From NCBI GenBank assembly GCA_963783305.1, contig CAWAMW010000016.1, positions 160,001 to 224,000 on the forward strand: DNA of 64,000 bases, in the 5' to 3' direction. This DNA is from an uncultured Gemmatimonadales bacterium (lineage in GTDB: Bacteria > Gemmatimonadota > Gemmatimonadetes > Longimicrobiales > RSA9). How positions within the stretch are numbered: the stretch's first letter is position 1; the number at the start of each line of letters is the position of its first letter. The notes under the pieces were generated by a model that saw nothing but the letters and a program-made list of their open reading frames with translations, searched no databases and was not told the origin of the DNA. Shown in pieces: positions 38,249 to 47,525 of this stretch. A program made the position numbers and the translations under genes.

Positions 38249-40180
38249 TCATGAGTCGAGTGATCGCAGGCTTTCGGCGGCGGCCGCCATCAGTGCGCGC
38301 ACGAATCCCGCCACGTGATCCGGGCCGTCCTCGTCGGCGAGGAAGGGGTCCATGACGGTGGAGCGCAGCACGACGAGCCCCGCCGCCCCGCTCTCCTGCC
38401 ATTCCGCGGTGCCGATCCCGACCTGGTCCAGGAGCGGGTCGATGGCGCCGTCGTACATGGGGGTCTGGAAGCGGGTGCGGGTGATGATGTAGTCCGGTGC
38501 AGCGCCGGGCCGGGTCAGGCTCATGCGCTCGTAGATCCCCTCGTTCAGGTCGTTCAGCGCCGCCAGGCTGCGGATCTCCGGGTGCGTGATCACGCAGCAG
38601 ACGATGTTGATGTCGGGCTCCGGGAGCCGTACGATCCGGAACGGCTGGAAGTCCGCGTCTCCGAGCGCGGTGTGGAGAACGCGCGCGCCCATGACGGTGC
38701 GTTCGACGAGCCGGCCGTGGCCGCGCTCGTCCAGCGGCAGGACCTTGTGGCTGAGCCAGATGGCGGCCGCCGCGGCGCCCGGCTTCGAACCCTCGAAGAT
38801 GAAGCGGCCCAGGAACAGGTCCTCGGCGGAGTCGAGGCCGCGCGTGGGCAGGAGGTATGGCGGGTCGATGGCCACGAGCTCACGCACCCGCTTATCCCGC
38901 AGCAGGATGGCGCCGGCCGGGTAGGGTATGTAGCCGAGCTTGTGCGGGTCGATGGTGACGGAGTCGGCGCGCTCCAGCGCCGTCATGGAGCGGACCCATT
39001 CGTCCGACGGCCAGTCGGTCCCCGTAGACGCGCGGATCGCCGACCCGGGCCGCCGTTCGCCCCGCTCGTTCCATGTCACGGCCGCGGCATAGCCGCCATA
39101 GGCTGCATCGGAATGCACGTGGAAGCTGACGCCGAGCTCATCGCGCGCCCGCTGCCGCACGTCCAGCACGTGGTCGAGCCGGTCCACGGCGCTCTCCTCC
39201 GTCGTGCCGCAGACGCTCACGCACGACAGGATGGGCACCCGCTCCTCCGCCAGACCCCGCACCGTCTCCCAGAGCGCGTCGGGGTCCATCCGGTAGTGGG
39301 AGTCCACGGGGATGTAGCGGAGCTGGTTGGAGCCGATTCCCAGCGCGCGGACGATTTTCTCCCAGGAGTAGTGGGCCGTGGCGGCGACCAGCACCACGCC
39401 GGGGGCGAGCGGATCGCCGTAGGCGTCCGCGAGCCGGCGGCCGTAGTCCTGGTAGCCGACGGTCTGAAGCGAATGGTCGTGCAGCGCCCGATGGATCGCC
39501 GGGCGGTCGCCGGCACTCCAGAGCTCGTCCCACAGGTCCAGCGCGGCCGCGCACGGAATGTTCAGCAGCTGCCAGAGGTCCAGTTCCGCGAGCCGGGCGC
39601 GGCCGCCCCGGGGCAGCTCCACCGACAGGTCGAGCCCCAGCTCGTCGCCCGCGCCGGCCGCGGCCACGGGGAGGTAGAGCACGTTGCGGGCGATCCAGAG
39701 CGCCTCGAAGTTGGCCACGGTCCCACCCGAGGTCACGTGGCCCCAGCTCGTGTCCTGGTCGTAGCCGATCATCCCGGCCAGCTGGCGTGCGACCTGGAGC
39801 TCCAGGCGCGTGGTGACCGGCGACCCCTCGATGGCCACGTTGTTCGGGTTGAACAGCATGGCCGCGAAGTAGCCCACCTGGCTGGCGATCGTCTGCTCGT
39901 AGTTCATGTGGCCCTTGTAGCGGCCACTGAAGAACGGTACCCCCCGCTTCAGCTCCGCCAGCAGCCCCATGAGCTCCTGTGTCAGCGTGGCGACCGCGTC
40001 GTCGTAGCCGGCCGCCCGCTTGTCCGTCTCCCGGATGGTGAAGCCGTCCTCCGGGTGGTAGTTGCGGCGCCAGAAGACGTGGTCGCGCAGCGCCTCCGTG
40101 ACCAGGCGCTCCAGTAGCTCTGCGTTCTCCGCGCGCGGCCCCAGAAAGGTACCGCGCAGCGCTTCATCGGATCGTGTCAT
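38249..40180 (-). CDS. Group II PLP-dependent decarboxylase (tyrosine decarboxylase-like)
   Basis: FLGPRAEN, NPNNV..E.SP.T, TSGGTVANFEALW, HYSW.K, HSDAAYGGY, DPHKLGYIPY, EGSKPGA. Confidence 0.88.
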   Translation of the reverse strand: MTRSDEALRGTFLGPRAENAELLERLVTEALRDHVFWRRNYHPEDGFTIRETDKRAAGYDDAVATLTQELMGLLAELKRGVPFFSGRYKGHMNYEQTIASQVGYFAAMLFNPNNVAIEGSPVTTRLELQVARQLAGMIGYDQDTSWGHVTSGGTVANFEALWIARNVLYLPVAAAGAGDELGLDLSVELPRGGRARLAELDLWQLLNIPCAAALDLWDELWSAGDRPAIHRALHDHSLQTVGYQDYGRRLADAYGDPLAPGVVLVAATAHYSWEKIVRALGIGSNQLRYIPVDSHYRMDPDALWETVRGLAEERVPILSCVSVCGTTEESAVDRLDHVLDVRQRARDELGVSFHVHSDAAYGGYAAAVTWNERGERRPGSAIRASTGTDWPSDEWVRSMTALERADSVTIDPHKLGYIPYPAGAILLRDKRVRELVAIDPPYLLPTRGLDSAEDLFLGRFIFEGSKPGAAAAAIWLSHKVLPLDERGHGRLVERTVMGARVLHTALGDADFQPFRIVRLPEPDINIVCCVITHPEIRSLAALNDLNEGIYERMSLTRPGAAPDYIITRTRFQTPMYDGAIDPLLDQVGIGTAEWQESGAAGLVVLRSTVMDPFLADEDGPDHVAGFVRALMAAAAESLRSLDS

Positions 40181-40294
40181 GGGGCCTCTGTCGATTCGGT
40201 TTCCAGCGCGGACGGTGGCGGACGCGGGCGGGAGGGGCAAGGGCGGGTGGCAAGGGCGGGGGGGCGGTGTGGCCCCGGCGGTGGGTTCCGGACT

Positions 40295-41557
40295 CTAGAC
40301 CTGGCTGGCGGCGCGCATGCCCGAGTCGTACGCCCCCCGCACGGTCCCCATGAACTCGCTGGTGGCCTCCCCGGCGTAATGGACGGGACCGGTGGGTCGA
40401 GCCAGCTGGCGCTGGGCGTCCGCGCCGCCCACGACGGCATGGCAATAGGCGCCGCGAGTGAACGGGTCGGCGATCCAGTCGTGGAAGCCCACCTCCTGGA
40501 GCTCTTCCCGTATCGAGTCCCGGTCCACGCCGAACCCGCGCGCCAACTGATCGATCGCCAGCCGCGCCAGCTCCTCCGCGCCGCGTCCCGTCAGGCGGCG
40601 CGCCGCGGGGCCACCCGCCCAGGCGACCAGTGTAGGGGCGAGGAGGGTTGCGGGCGTCCAGAAGGTGGGGAAGGGCCCGTCGCACTCGATGAACTTGGCT
40701 TCCCGCGGCTCTACCCCGGACTCCTCCAGCCACGGCCACCAGAAAGGGCGACCGAAACGTAGCCCCACTTTCACGACCGGCCCCATCCGGAGGCGACGGA
40801 TCGCGTCCCGCTTCCAGTCGGGCAACGGGTCAATGGCCAGGTCGGCCAGGAGGGGAGGCGGCAGCGTCAGGATCAGAGACCGGGCGCGAATCTGGACGGC
40901 GTCCGCGTCGCCAGCGGCCCGACGGGCGCGGATCTCGACGCCGGCGTCCCGCCCCGAAACGCTCTCCGCGACCACACCCGTGCGGAGGACTCCGGTGGGA
41001 AGTCGGTCGGCCAGGGCCGCGGGAAGGCGGTCGAGGCCCTCCACGACGTGCACCTGGTCGCCTCCGCCCCCGCCTTCGTCGGTCGCCTCAACGGCGGCGA
41101 CCCAGCGGGCGCTTACCTCGTCGGCCGGAGCGGCGTGGTATCCCTCCACGTAGCTCCGGAGCCAGTCCGCGGCGGGGGGCTGCGCCCGGTTCAGAGCGTC
41201 GGCCAGGCTGATGTCCTCCGAGCCCGGCGGCGGAGCGATCCGCTGGAGAGCGCCCAGCTCCTCAGGACCACGCTCCATGGGAACCACACGTCCGGCGCTC
41301 AGGCGGCAGAACCCGGACGCCGCGGGCCAGAAGGACGCACCGGTGGTCCGCAGATGCGCCACCGTCTCGTGGTCGGCGGGAAGGAACTCGGGGCCAAGCT
41401 CCAGCGGAGGGCTGCCCGCGCGGGTGAGGATGCGGCCCCCGACACGGTCCCGCGCCTCCAGGACGAGCACGTCCCGCCCGGCGTCCGCGAGACGCGCCGC
41501 GGCGGCGAGGCCGGCCACACCGGCGCCCACCACCACGATGTCGTGGTGCTCGGTCAC
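40295..41557 (-). CDS. Flavin monoamine oxidase family protein
   Basis: GAGVAGLAAA, LEARDRVGGRI, DW..DPF.RGAY, YAGEAT, GTV.GA.DSG.RAA. Confidence 0.9.
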   Translation of the reverse strand: MTEHHDIVVVGAGVAGLAAAARLADAGRDVLVLEARDRVGGRILTRAGSPPLELGPEFLPADHETVAHLRTTGASFWPAASGFCRLSAGRVVPMERGPEELGALQRIAPPPGSEDISLADALNRAQPPAADWLRSYVEGYHAAPADEVSARWVAAVEATDEGGGGGDQVHVVEGLDRLPAALADRLPTGVLRTGVVAESVSGRDAGVEIRARRAAGDADAVQIRARSLILTLPPPLLADLAIDPLPDWKRDAIRRLRMGPVVKVGLRFGRPFWWPWLEESGVEPREAKFIECDGPFPTFWTPATLLAPTLVAWAGGPAARRLTGRGAEELARLAIDQLARGFGVDRDSIREELQEVGFHDWIADPFTRGAYCHAVVGGADAQRQLARPTGPVHYAGEATSEFMGTVRGAYDSGMRAASQV

Positions 41558-41564
41558 GCCGGCG

Positions 41565-41756
41565 CTAGTGCCGGGTGGCGCCCATGGTTCGGAGCGCCAT
41601 CCGGAGCAGCAGCTGGCGGACGGGGTCCGCGCGCTGGCAGGTCAGGCAGTCGCCGGCGACCTCCTGGCACGGAACGCCATCGGCCTGCGACTCCGCGCAG
41701 CATACGCCCAATGGCAGGATCCACTCGCAGGCGTGCTGGATCTCGGCGGGTGACAT
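41565..41756 (-). CDS. Small Cys-rich hypothetical protein (63 aa)
   Basis: GGGAGGT RBS upstream; MSPAEIQHACEWILPLGVCCAESQADGVPCQEVAGDCLTCQRA; ends 7 nt before the amine oxidase start. Confidence 0.6.
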   Translation of the reverse strand: MSPAEIQHACEWILPLGVCCAESQADGVPCQEVAGDCLTCQRADPVRQLLLRMALRTMGATRH

Positions 41757-42007
41757 TCTCACGTGACACCTCCCGCGGCCCGAGACGGCCGCTCGACAGG
41801 ATGGGGCTGTCTCAATGTGCGGGGGGTGCGTGGCCGCCAGCAAGGGCCGGGTGTGGATTGGAATGAGTTTCCGGGAAAACCTTGCACGAGGGTCCTCTGA
41901 ACCCCCACACCATTTTCAAGATCGTCCCTACGTCGGGCGGGTGGTGGTCCCCGCATCTTGTGGAGTGGCGTGCGGCATGAGACGTCCATCCAAGCAAGGA
42001 GTTCTCG

Positions 42008-42601
42008 ATGCGTGAACTGCGCATCCACGGACGCGGCGGGCAGGGTGCCGTGATCGCGAGCAAGGTGCTGGCGGTGGCGGTATTCCGGGAAGGCCGTTGG
42101 GTCCAGTCGTTCCCGGCGTTCGGTGTGGAACGGCGCGGGGCACCCGTCACTGCGTTCCTGAGAGTGGCCGATGCACCGATCCGCCTTCGCTGCGAGATCA
42201 CGGCGCCGGACGACCTGATCGTCCTCGACCCCACACTGGTGGACGCGATCGACGTGACGGCGGGATTGAAGCCGGGCGGCGGGATCCTGATCAACACGGA
42301 CCGGCCGCCCACCGCGTATCCGGCGCTGACCGATCGCTTCCGGGTGGCCACGGTCGATGCCAGCGCCATCGCGGCGGCGCACGGCATCGGCAGCCGGTCG
42401 CAGCCCATTGTCAATACGGCGATTCTGGGAGCGTTCGCGACCTGGTCCGGACTGGTGGGGCTGGACAACGTATGCGAGGCCATCGCGGAGGAGGTGCCGT
42501 CGCGGACCGCCGCCAACCAGGCGGCGGCGCGCGAGGCCGCCGAGGCCGTTCGCCTGGACGCCGAGGCGGGGTCTTCGACCGTGGAGGCGGCCCATGTCTG
42601 A
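42008..42601 (+). CDS. porC: 2-oxoacid:acceptor oxidoreductase gamma subunit
   Basis: ELRIHGRGGQGAV, FPAFGVERRGAPV, VNTAILGA. Confidence 0.92.
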   Translation: MRELRIHGRGGQGAVIASKVLAVAVFREGRWVQSFPAFGVERRGAPVTAFLRVADAPIRLRCEITAPDDLIVLDPTLVDAIDVTAGLKPGGGILINTDRPPTAYPALTDRFRVATVDASAIAAAHGIGSRSQPIVNTAILGAFATWSGLVGLDNVCEAIAEEVPSRTAANQAAAREAAEAVRLDAEAGSSTVEAAHV

Positions 42602-44330
42602 GCGCCCGTTCGGTGAGCCTCTGATCTCCGTGAGCGACCGGTCCACGCTGGAGAACCGCACCGGGTCCTGGAAGTACATCCGGCCCATGTACCGGGACGG
42701 CGTGGCGCCGTGCAATCAGGCGTGTCCGGCCGGTGTGGACGTGGAGGGATACCTGAACCTGCTCCGGCAGGACCGGGTGGACGAGGCCCTCGACCTGCTC
42801 CTCCGCGAGAACCCCATGCCGGCGGTCACCGGCCGCGTCTGTCACCACCCGTGCGAGATTGGCTGCAACCGACAGCACTTCGATGAGGCGGTGGCGGTCC
42901 ACGCCATCGAGCGCGCCATGGGCGACGAGATCCTGGTGCGTGAGCACCCGGCGCCGGCGGAGCGTACGCGCCCGGAGCGAGTGGCGATCGTGGGCGCGGG
43001 CCCGGCCGGCCTGTCGGCGGCGTACCACCTCGCTCGCCGCGGCTTCGGCGTCACCATCTACGACGAGGCCGACGAGGCCGGCGGGATGCTGCGGCAGGGG
43101 ATCCCGGCGTACCGACTGCCGCGCGCAGTGCTGGACCGGCAGATCGAGCGGATCGAGGCGCTGGGCGTGGAGATCCGGACGGGCGCCCGCCTCGATGGCG
43201 AGGCCGTGCGGCACGAGCTCGACGCGTACGACGCCGTTTTCCTGGCCACCGGTGCGCACCGGGGTCGTCCTCTGGGGGTGCCAGGGGAGGAGGGGCGCGG
43301 GATCCTGGCCGGACTCGAGTTCCTGAAGGCGGTCAACCGGGGCGAGCGGCCGGATATCGGCAACCGCGTGGCGGTGATCGGCGGCGGGAACACGGCCATG
43401 GACTGCGCGCGCTCGGCGCTCCGGCTGGGGTCGGAGCCCATCGTCGTCTACCGGCGGACCCGGGACCAGATGCCGGCCATCGACCAGGAGATCGAGGAAG
43501 CCATGGCGGAGGGGATCGAGTTCCTCTTCCTCGCCGCCCCGGAGTCTTTCGGTCACGAGAACGGCCGCCTGACGAGTATGCACCTGACGCGGATGGAGCT
43601 GGGAGAGCCGGACGCGAGCGGCCGCCGGCGCCCTGTGCCCGTCCAGGATGGTGGCTTCATCCTCGCCGTCGATACGGTGCTCACGGCCATCGGCGAGGAC
43701 AGCGAGCTGGACGTGCTGCCGGACGAGCTCCCGCGCGAGTGGGGTGCGCTGAAGGCCGACGAGCTGGGCGGCACCGGCCACGCCGCCTGGTTCGCGGGCG
43801 GCGACCTGGCGGGCGAGGAGCGCACGGTGGCGGGCGCGCTGGGGTCCGGCAAAAGGGCGGCGCTGGGGATCGATCGCCACCTGCGGCGTCGCGCCGGCGA
43901 GGAGCCGGATGACGGCGATGTGGCCGCGCTGCGGTGGGGCACCGGAGAGGTGAGCGCCTCCCGGTGGCGGGGGGATGACCCCGTCCGGCGGACGAACCCG
44001 ACGCAGGAGATGGTGGACATCGGTGCGCTCCAGCTGGCGCACTTCCGACACGCGCCACGGCAGGCCGACCGCAGGAACGGCGGCCCCCGCTCGTTCGCGG
44101 AGGCGAACCTGGGGATCGACTTCGCGCAGGCGGTGGAGGAGGCGAAGCGCTGCTTCAACTGCGGGGTGTGCAACGACTGCGAGCTCTGCCTGATCTTCTG
44201 CCCGGACGCCGCCATCAAGCGAAAGGCGGAGGGCGGGTTCGAGCTGGACCTCGATTACTGCAAGGGCTGCGGGCTGTGCGCGGAAGAGTGTCCGCGGGGC
44301 GCCATCGTCATGACGCGGGAGGGACTGTGA
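42594..44330 (+). CDS. 2-oxoacid oxidoreductase delta subunit fused with GltD-like FAD/NAD(P) oxidoreductase
   Basis: Delta N-terminus TGSWKYIRP; C..ACPA, NP.PAVTGRVC.HPCE..C; GAGPAG; GGGNTAMD, YRRT; C-terminal CFNCG.C.DC..C..FCPD and DYCKGCGLCAEECP. Confidence 0.88.
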   Translation: MSERPFGEPLISVSDRSTLENRTGSWKYIRPMYRDGVAPCNQACPAGVDVEGYLNLLRQDRVDEALDLLLRENPMPAVTGRVCHHPCEIGCNRQHFDEAVAVHAIERAMGDEILVREHPAPAERTRPERVAIVGAGPAGLSAAYHLARRGFGVTIYDEADEAGGMLRQGIPAYRLPRAVLDRQIERIEALGVEIRTGARLDGEAVRHELDAYDAVFLATGAHRGRPLGVPGEEGRGILAGLEFLKAVNRGERPDIGNRVAVIGGGNTAMDCARSALRLGSEPIVVYRRTRDQMPAIDQEIEEAMAEGIEFLFLAAPESFGHENGRLTSMHLTRMELGEPDASGRRRPVPVQDGGFILAVDTVLTAIGEDSELDVLPDELPREWGALKADELGGTGHAAWFAGGDLAGEERTVAGALGSGKRAALGIDRHLRRRAGEEPDDGDVAALRWGTGEVSASRWRGDDPVRRTNPTQEMVDIGALQLAHFRHAPRQADRRNGGPRSFAEANLGIDFAQAVEEAKRCFNCGVCNDCELCLIFCPDAAIKRKAEGGFELDLDYCKGCGLCAEECPRGAIVMTREGL

Positions 44331-45487
44331 AGAAGGTCATGGTCGGCAACCACGCCGTCTCGCTCGGCGTGAAGCTCGCCCGGGCGGAGGTGATCTCGGC
44401 GTACCCCATCACGCCCCAGACGCAGATCGTCGAGATGCTCAGCGAGATGTGCGGCAGCGGCGAGCTGGACGCGCGCTTCATCAAGGTGGAATCGGAGCAT
44501 TCGGCCATGGCCGCGTGCCTCGGCGCCAGCGCAACCGGCGTCCGCACGTTCACCGCCACGTCGTCGCAGGGGCTGGCGCTCATGCACGAGCTCCTGCACT
44601 GGGCGGGGAACGGACGCCACCCGATCGTCATGGCCAACGTCAACCGCGCCATGGGCCCCGGCTGGAACATCTGGACCGACCAGAACGACTCGCTGGCCCA
44701 GCGCGACACCGGCTGGATCCAGCTCTACTGTGAGACGAACCAGGAAGTGCTCGACACCACCATCCAGGCGTTCCGGCTGGCCGAGGCGGTGGACCTCCCG
44801 GTGATGATCATCCTGGACGCCTTCTTCCTCTCGCATACGAGCGAGCCGGTGGACGTGCCGGATCCCTCGCTGGTGGACGAGTTCCTGCCGCGGCGCGAGG
44901 CGCGCGTCAAGCTGGACACCGACGATCCGCACGCGTTCCACGCGCTGGTCCGGCCGGACAACTATATGGAAATGAGGTGGGACCAGCAGGAGGCCATGGG
45001 CCGCGCCGCGCGGCTGTTCGAGGAGATTGATGCGGACTGGCGCGTCCTCACAGGCCGCTCCTACGGCGCCGTCGAGGGGTACCGCGCCGAGGACGCCGAG
45101 CTCCTGCTCGTGACCTCCGGCACCATCACGTCGACGGCGCGGGAGGTGGTGGATCGCCGCCGGGAGGACGGGGAGCGGGTGGGGCTGGTGAAGGTGAAGA
45201 TGTTCCGGCCGTTCCCCACCGCAGCGCTCCGGCGAGTGCTTCGAAAGGCCAGCCGCGTGGCGGTGCTGGACCGGAACATCTCGCCCGGCCACGGCGGCAT
45301 CTTCGCCGAGGAGATCCGCTCGGCGCTCTATGACGTCCCGCTCGACGACCGGCCGACGCTCTACGGCTACGTGCTGGGTCTCGGCGGCCGGGATGTCACG
45401 CCGGCGACGATCGACGAGATCATCGAACGGACACGGGCGGTGGACAGCCCGACGCGCGAAGACCTGTGGGTGGGGGTGAAGGCATGA
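44327..45487 (+). CDS. porA: 2-oxoacid:acceptor oxidoreductase alpha subunit
   Basis: SAYPITPQT, ESEHSA, TATSSQGL, MANVNR, FRPFP, GLGGRD. Confidence 0.93.
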   Translation: MKKVMVGNHAVSLGVKLARAEVISAYPITPQTQIVEMLSEMCGSGELDARFIKVESEHSAMAACLGASATGVRTFTATSSQGLALMHELLHWAGNGRHPIVMANVNRAMGPGWNIWTDQNDSLAQRDTGWIQLYCETNQEVLDTTIQAFRLAEAVDLPVMIILDAFFLSHTSEPVDVPDPSLVDEFLPRREARVKLDTDDPHAFHALVRPDNYMEMRWDQQEAMGRAARLFEEIDADWRVLTGRSYGAVEGYRAEDAELLLVTSGTITSTAREVVDRRREDGERVGLVKVKMFRPFPTAALRRVLRKASRVAVLDRNISPGHGGIFAEEIRSALYDVPLDDRPTLYGYVLGLGGRDVTPATIDEIIERTRAVDSPTREDLWVGVKA

Positions 45488-46380
45488 GTCAGGTCATGAT
45501 CAAGGACCGGGTCCCGACCCTGGAGCTGCTCGATTCCGGGCATCTCGCCTGTCCCGGTTGTGGCGCGCCGCTGGCGATGCGCATGGTCCTGAAGGAGCTT
45601 GGGGAGAAGACCATGGTGGTGCTGCCGGCGTGCTGCTGGAGCATCATCGCCGGGCCGTACCCGCAGAGCTCCCTCCACGTCCCGCTCTACCACACCGCGT
45701 TCGAGACCGCGGGCGCCGTGGCGTCCGGGATCCGGGCGGCGCTCGATGCGCGCGGCGACACCGACACGACGGTTATGGCGTGGGCGGGGGATGGCGGCAC
45801 GTTCGACATCGGGCTCCAGTCGCTTTCGGGCGCGGCGGAGCGGAACGAGGACTTCATCTACGTCTGCTACGACAACGAGGCGTATATGAACACGGGGATC
45901 CAGCGCTCGTCGGCCACGCCGTGGGGGGCCTGGACCACCACCACGCCCAGGGACCACCCGCAGTCGACGAAGAAGAAGGACATCCTGTCTATCATGGCCG
46001 CGCACAGGATCCCGTACGCGGCCACCGCCTCCACGGCCTATCCGGTCGACCTTCTGGACAAGGTGCGGAAAGCGAAGTCGATCCGGGGCACCCGGTTCCT
46101 GCACATCCTCTCGCCCTGTCCGCCAGGGTGGAAGTACAGCGACGAGCAGACGATCGAGATGGGACGGATGGCCGTGCAGAACCGGGTCTTCCCACTGCTG
46201 GAGATCGAAGATGGGCTGCGCTGGCGGTTCACGGTGGAGAGCGCCGGGGACCCGGTGGAGCCGTACATCCGGGGCCAGGGCCGGTTCAAGCACCTGGACG
46301 ACGACTCGATCCGCAACATCCAGGCGGACGTGGATGCCCGCTGGGAGTACCTTCAGCGGATGGTACGCTCCAGCGACTAG
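45484..46380 (+). CDS. porB: 2-oxoacid:acceptor oxidoreductase beta subunit (TPP-binding)
   Basis: GHLACPGCG, GDGGTFDIG..DNEAYMNTGIQRS, SPCPPGW. Confidence 0.93.
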   Translation: MSQVMIKDRVPTLELLDSGHLACPGCGAPLAMRMVLKELGEKTMVVLPACCWSIIAGPYPQSSLHVPLYHTAFETAGAVASGIRAALDARGDTDTTVMAWAGDGGTFDIGLQSLSGAAERNEDFIYVCYDNEAYMNTGIQRSSATPWGAWTTTTPRDHPQSTKKKDILSIMAAHRIPYAATASTAYPVDLLDKVRKAKSIRGTRFLHILSPCPPGWKYSDEQTIEMGRMAVQNRVFPLLEIEDGLRWRFTVESAGDPVEPYIRGQGRFKHLDDDSIRNIQADVDARWEYLQRMVRSSD

Positions 46381-46478
46381 CGTTGCCGGCGTCCCACCGG
46401 TCCCGCTACACTCCATGTCGTCGAACGAGGGCTCCGGAGACGGAGCCCTCTCACTGTAGCCCGTGCAGAGCCGTGCCC

Positions 46479-47507
46479 ATGTCGCTTCGCCGTTTCCTTT
46501 CCCGTGCTGTCCTCGCCGCCCTTCCGCTCGCCGCGCTCGGCTGCGATGATGGCACCTCACCCATTGATCTGGGCGGCCTGAACGCGCCTGCGGTCACCGC
46601 GGCGGTAGACGGCCTGGTGGCGCCGCTCTACGCCAGCGCCGAGGCGATTGCGAACCTGCGCGGGGCGGAGCAGGTGCTGCTGGCCGCCGGTCTGGTTCCG
46701 GATCCTGACGCGGAGGAGGCGACGCCGCAGCTTCCGCCCGAGGTCGTCGGCTCCACGTACGTGTACGACCCGTCCTCGCTCTCCTGGGTGACCGACGAGT
46801 CCCGAACGGACGCCCCCACCGACGGGATCCGGCTCATCTGGTACCGCCTGGACAGCACCGGCAGGGTAGTGGAGCCGTTGGCGGAGAAGGGGTTCATCGA
46901 CGTCCGGCCCTCGGCGAGCGGAGAGTTCGATCCGGTGACGACCCGGATCGTGGGCACGGAAGATGGCAGCACCGTCCTGGTCGACTTCAGCCAGGGCCAC
47001 GACGGCCCCGGCAATGTGGTCGCGACGCAGACGCTGGTGGCCTCCGGGTCGTATTCCGATGGCGCGGAGACGTCGACCTTCTCGCTGCGCTGGGAGCGGT
47101 CTGAGAACGGCGTGTCCAATGACGTGACGGACAGCTATGACATCACGATCGAGCAGGCGGGCACCCGCTACGTGGTGGACGTGAACGGCAGCATCGATGG
47201 GAGCACCGGCCGCTCGGACGACCGGGTGGCCGCCACGATCACGAGGGACGGCGTGTCCACGGGCGTGGACATGAATTCGGTCGCCGTGGGGCAGGCGCTG
47301 GAGGACGCCACCGGTACGGTCACGCATGCGGGTGTAGCGGTGGCGGAGATCCGGCTGAACGGCAACAGCTACGAGTTCGTGGCTCCGAATGGCGACGGTA
47401 TCCCCGCGGGGCAGGCGGGCGAACTCAATCGCCTCTTCGGCTCGCTCACTCTCGACTGGGCCGTGCTGTTCTACGACCTGCCGCTCTACGGCTTCATCCT
47501 CGAGTAG
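46479..47507 (+). CDS. Hypothetical lipoprotein
   Basis: MSLRRFLSRAVLAALPLAALGC lipobox; beta-rich Ser/Thr/Gly/Asp body. Confidence 0.7.
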   Translation: MSLRRFLSRAVLAALPLAALGCDDGTSPIDLGGLNAPAVTAAVDGLVAPLYASAEAIANLRGAEQVLLAAGLVPDPDAEEATPQLPPEVVGSTYVYDPSSLSWVTDESRTDAPTDGIRLIWYRLDSTGRVVEPLAEKGFIDVRPSASGEFDPVTTRIVGTEDGSTVLVDFSQGHDGPGNVVATQTLVASGSYSDGAETSTFSLRWERSENGVSNDVTDSYDITIEQAGTRYVVDVNGSIDGSTGRSDDRVAATITRDGVSTGVDMNSVAVGQALEDATGTVTHAGVAVAEIRLNGNSYEFVAPNGDGIPAGQAGELNRLFGSLTLDWAVLFYDLPLYGFILE

Positions 47508-47525
47508 CCGGAGCCGGGCGCTGGG

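Noticed and set aside
42594..44330. DsrL / sulfur metabolism or glutamate synthase small subunit
   Set aside because: There are no dsr or gltB genes in the window; its position and terminal motifs identify it as the oxoacid oxidoreductase delta slot.
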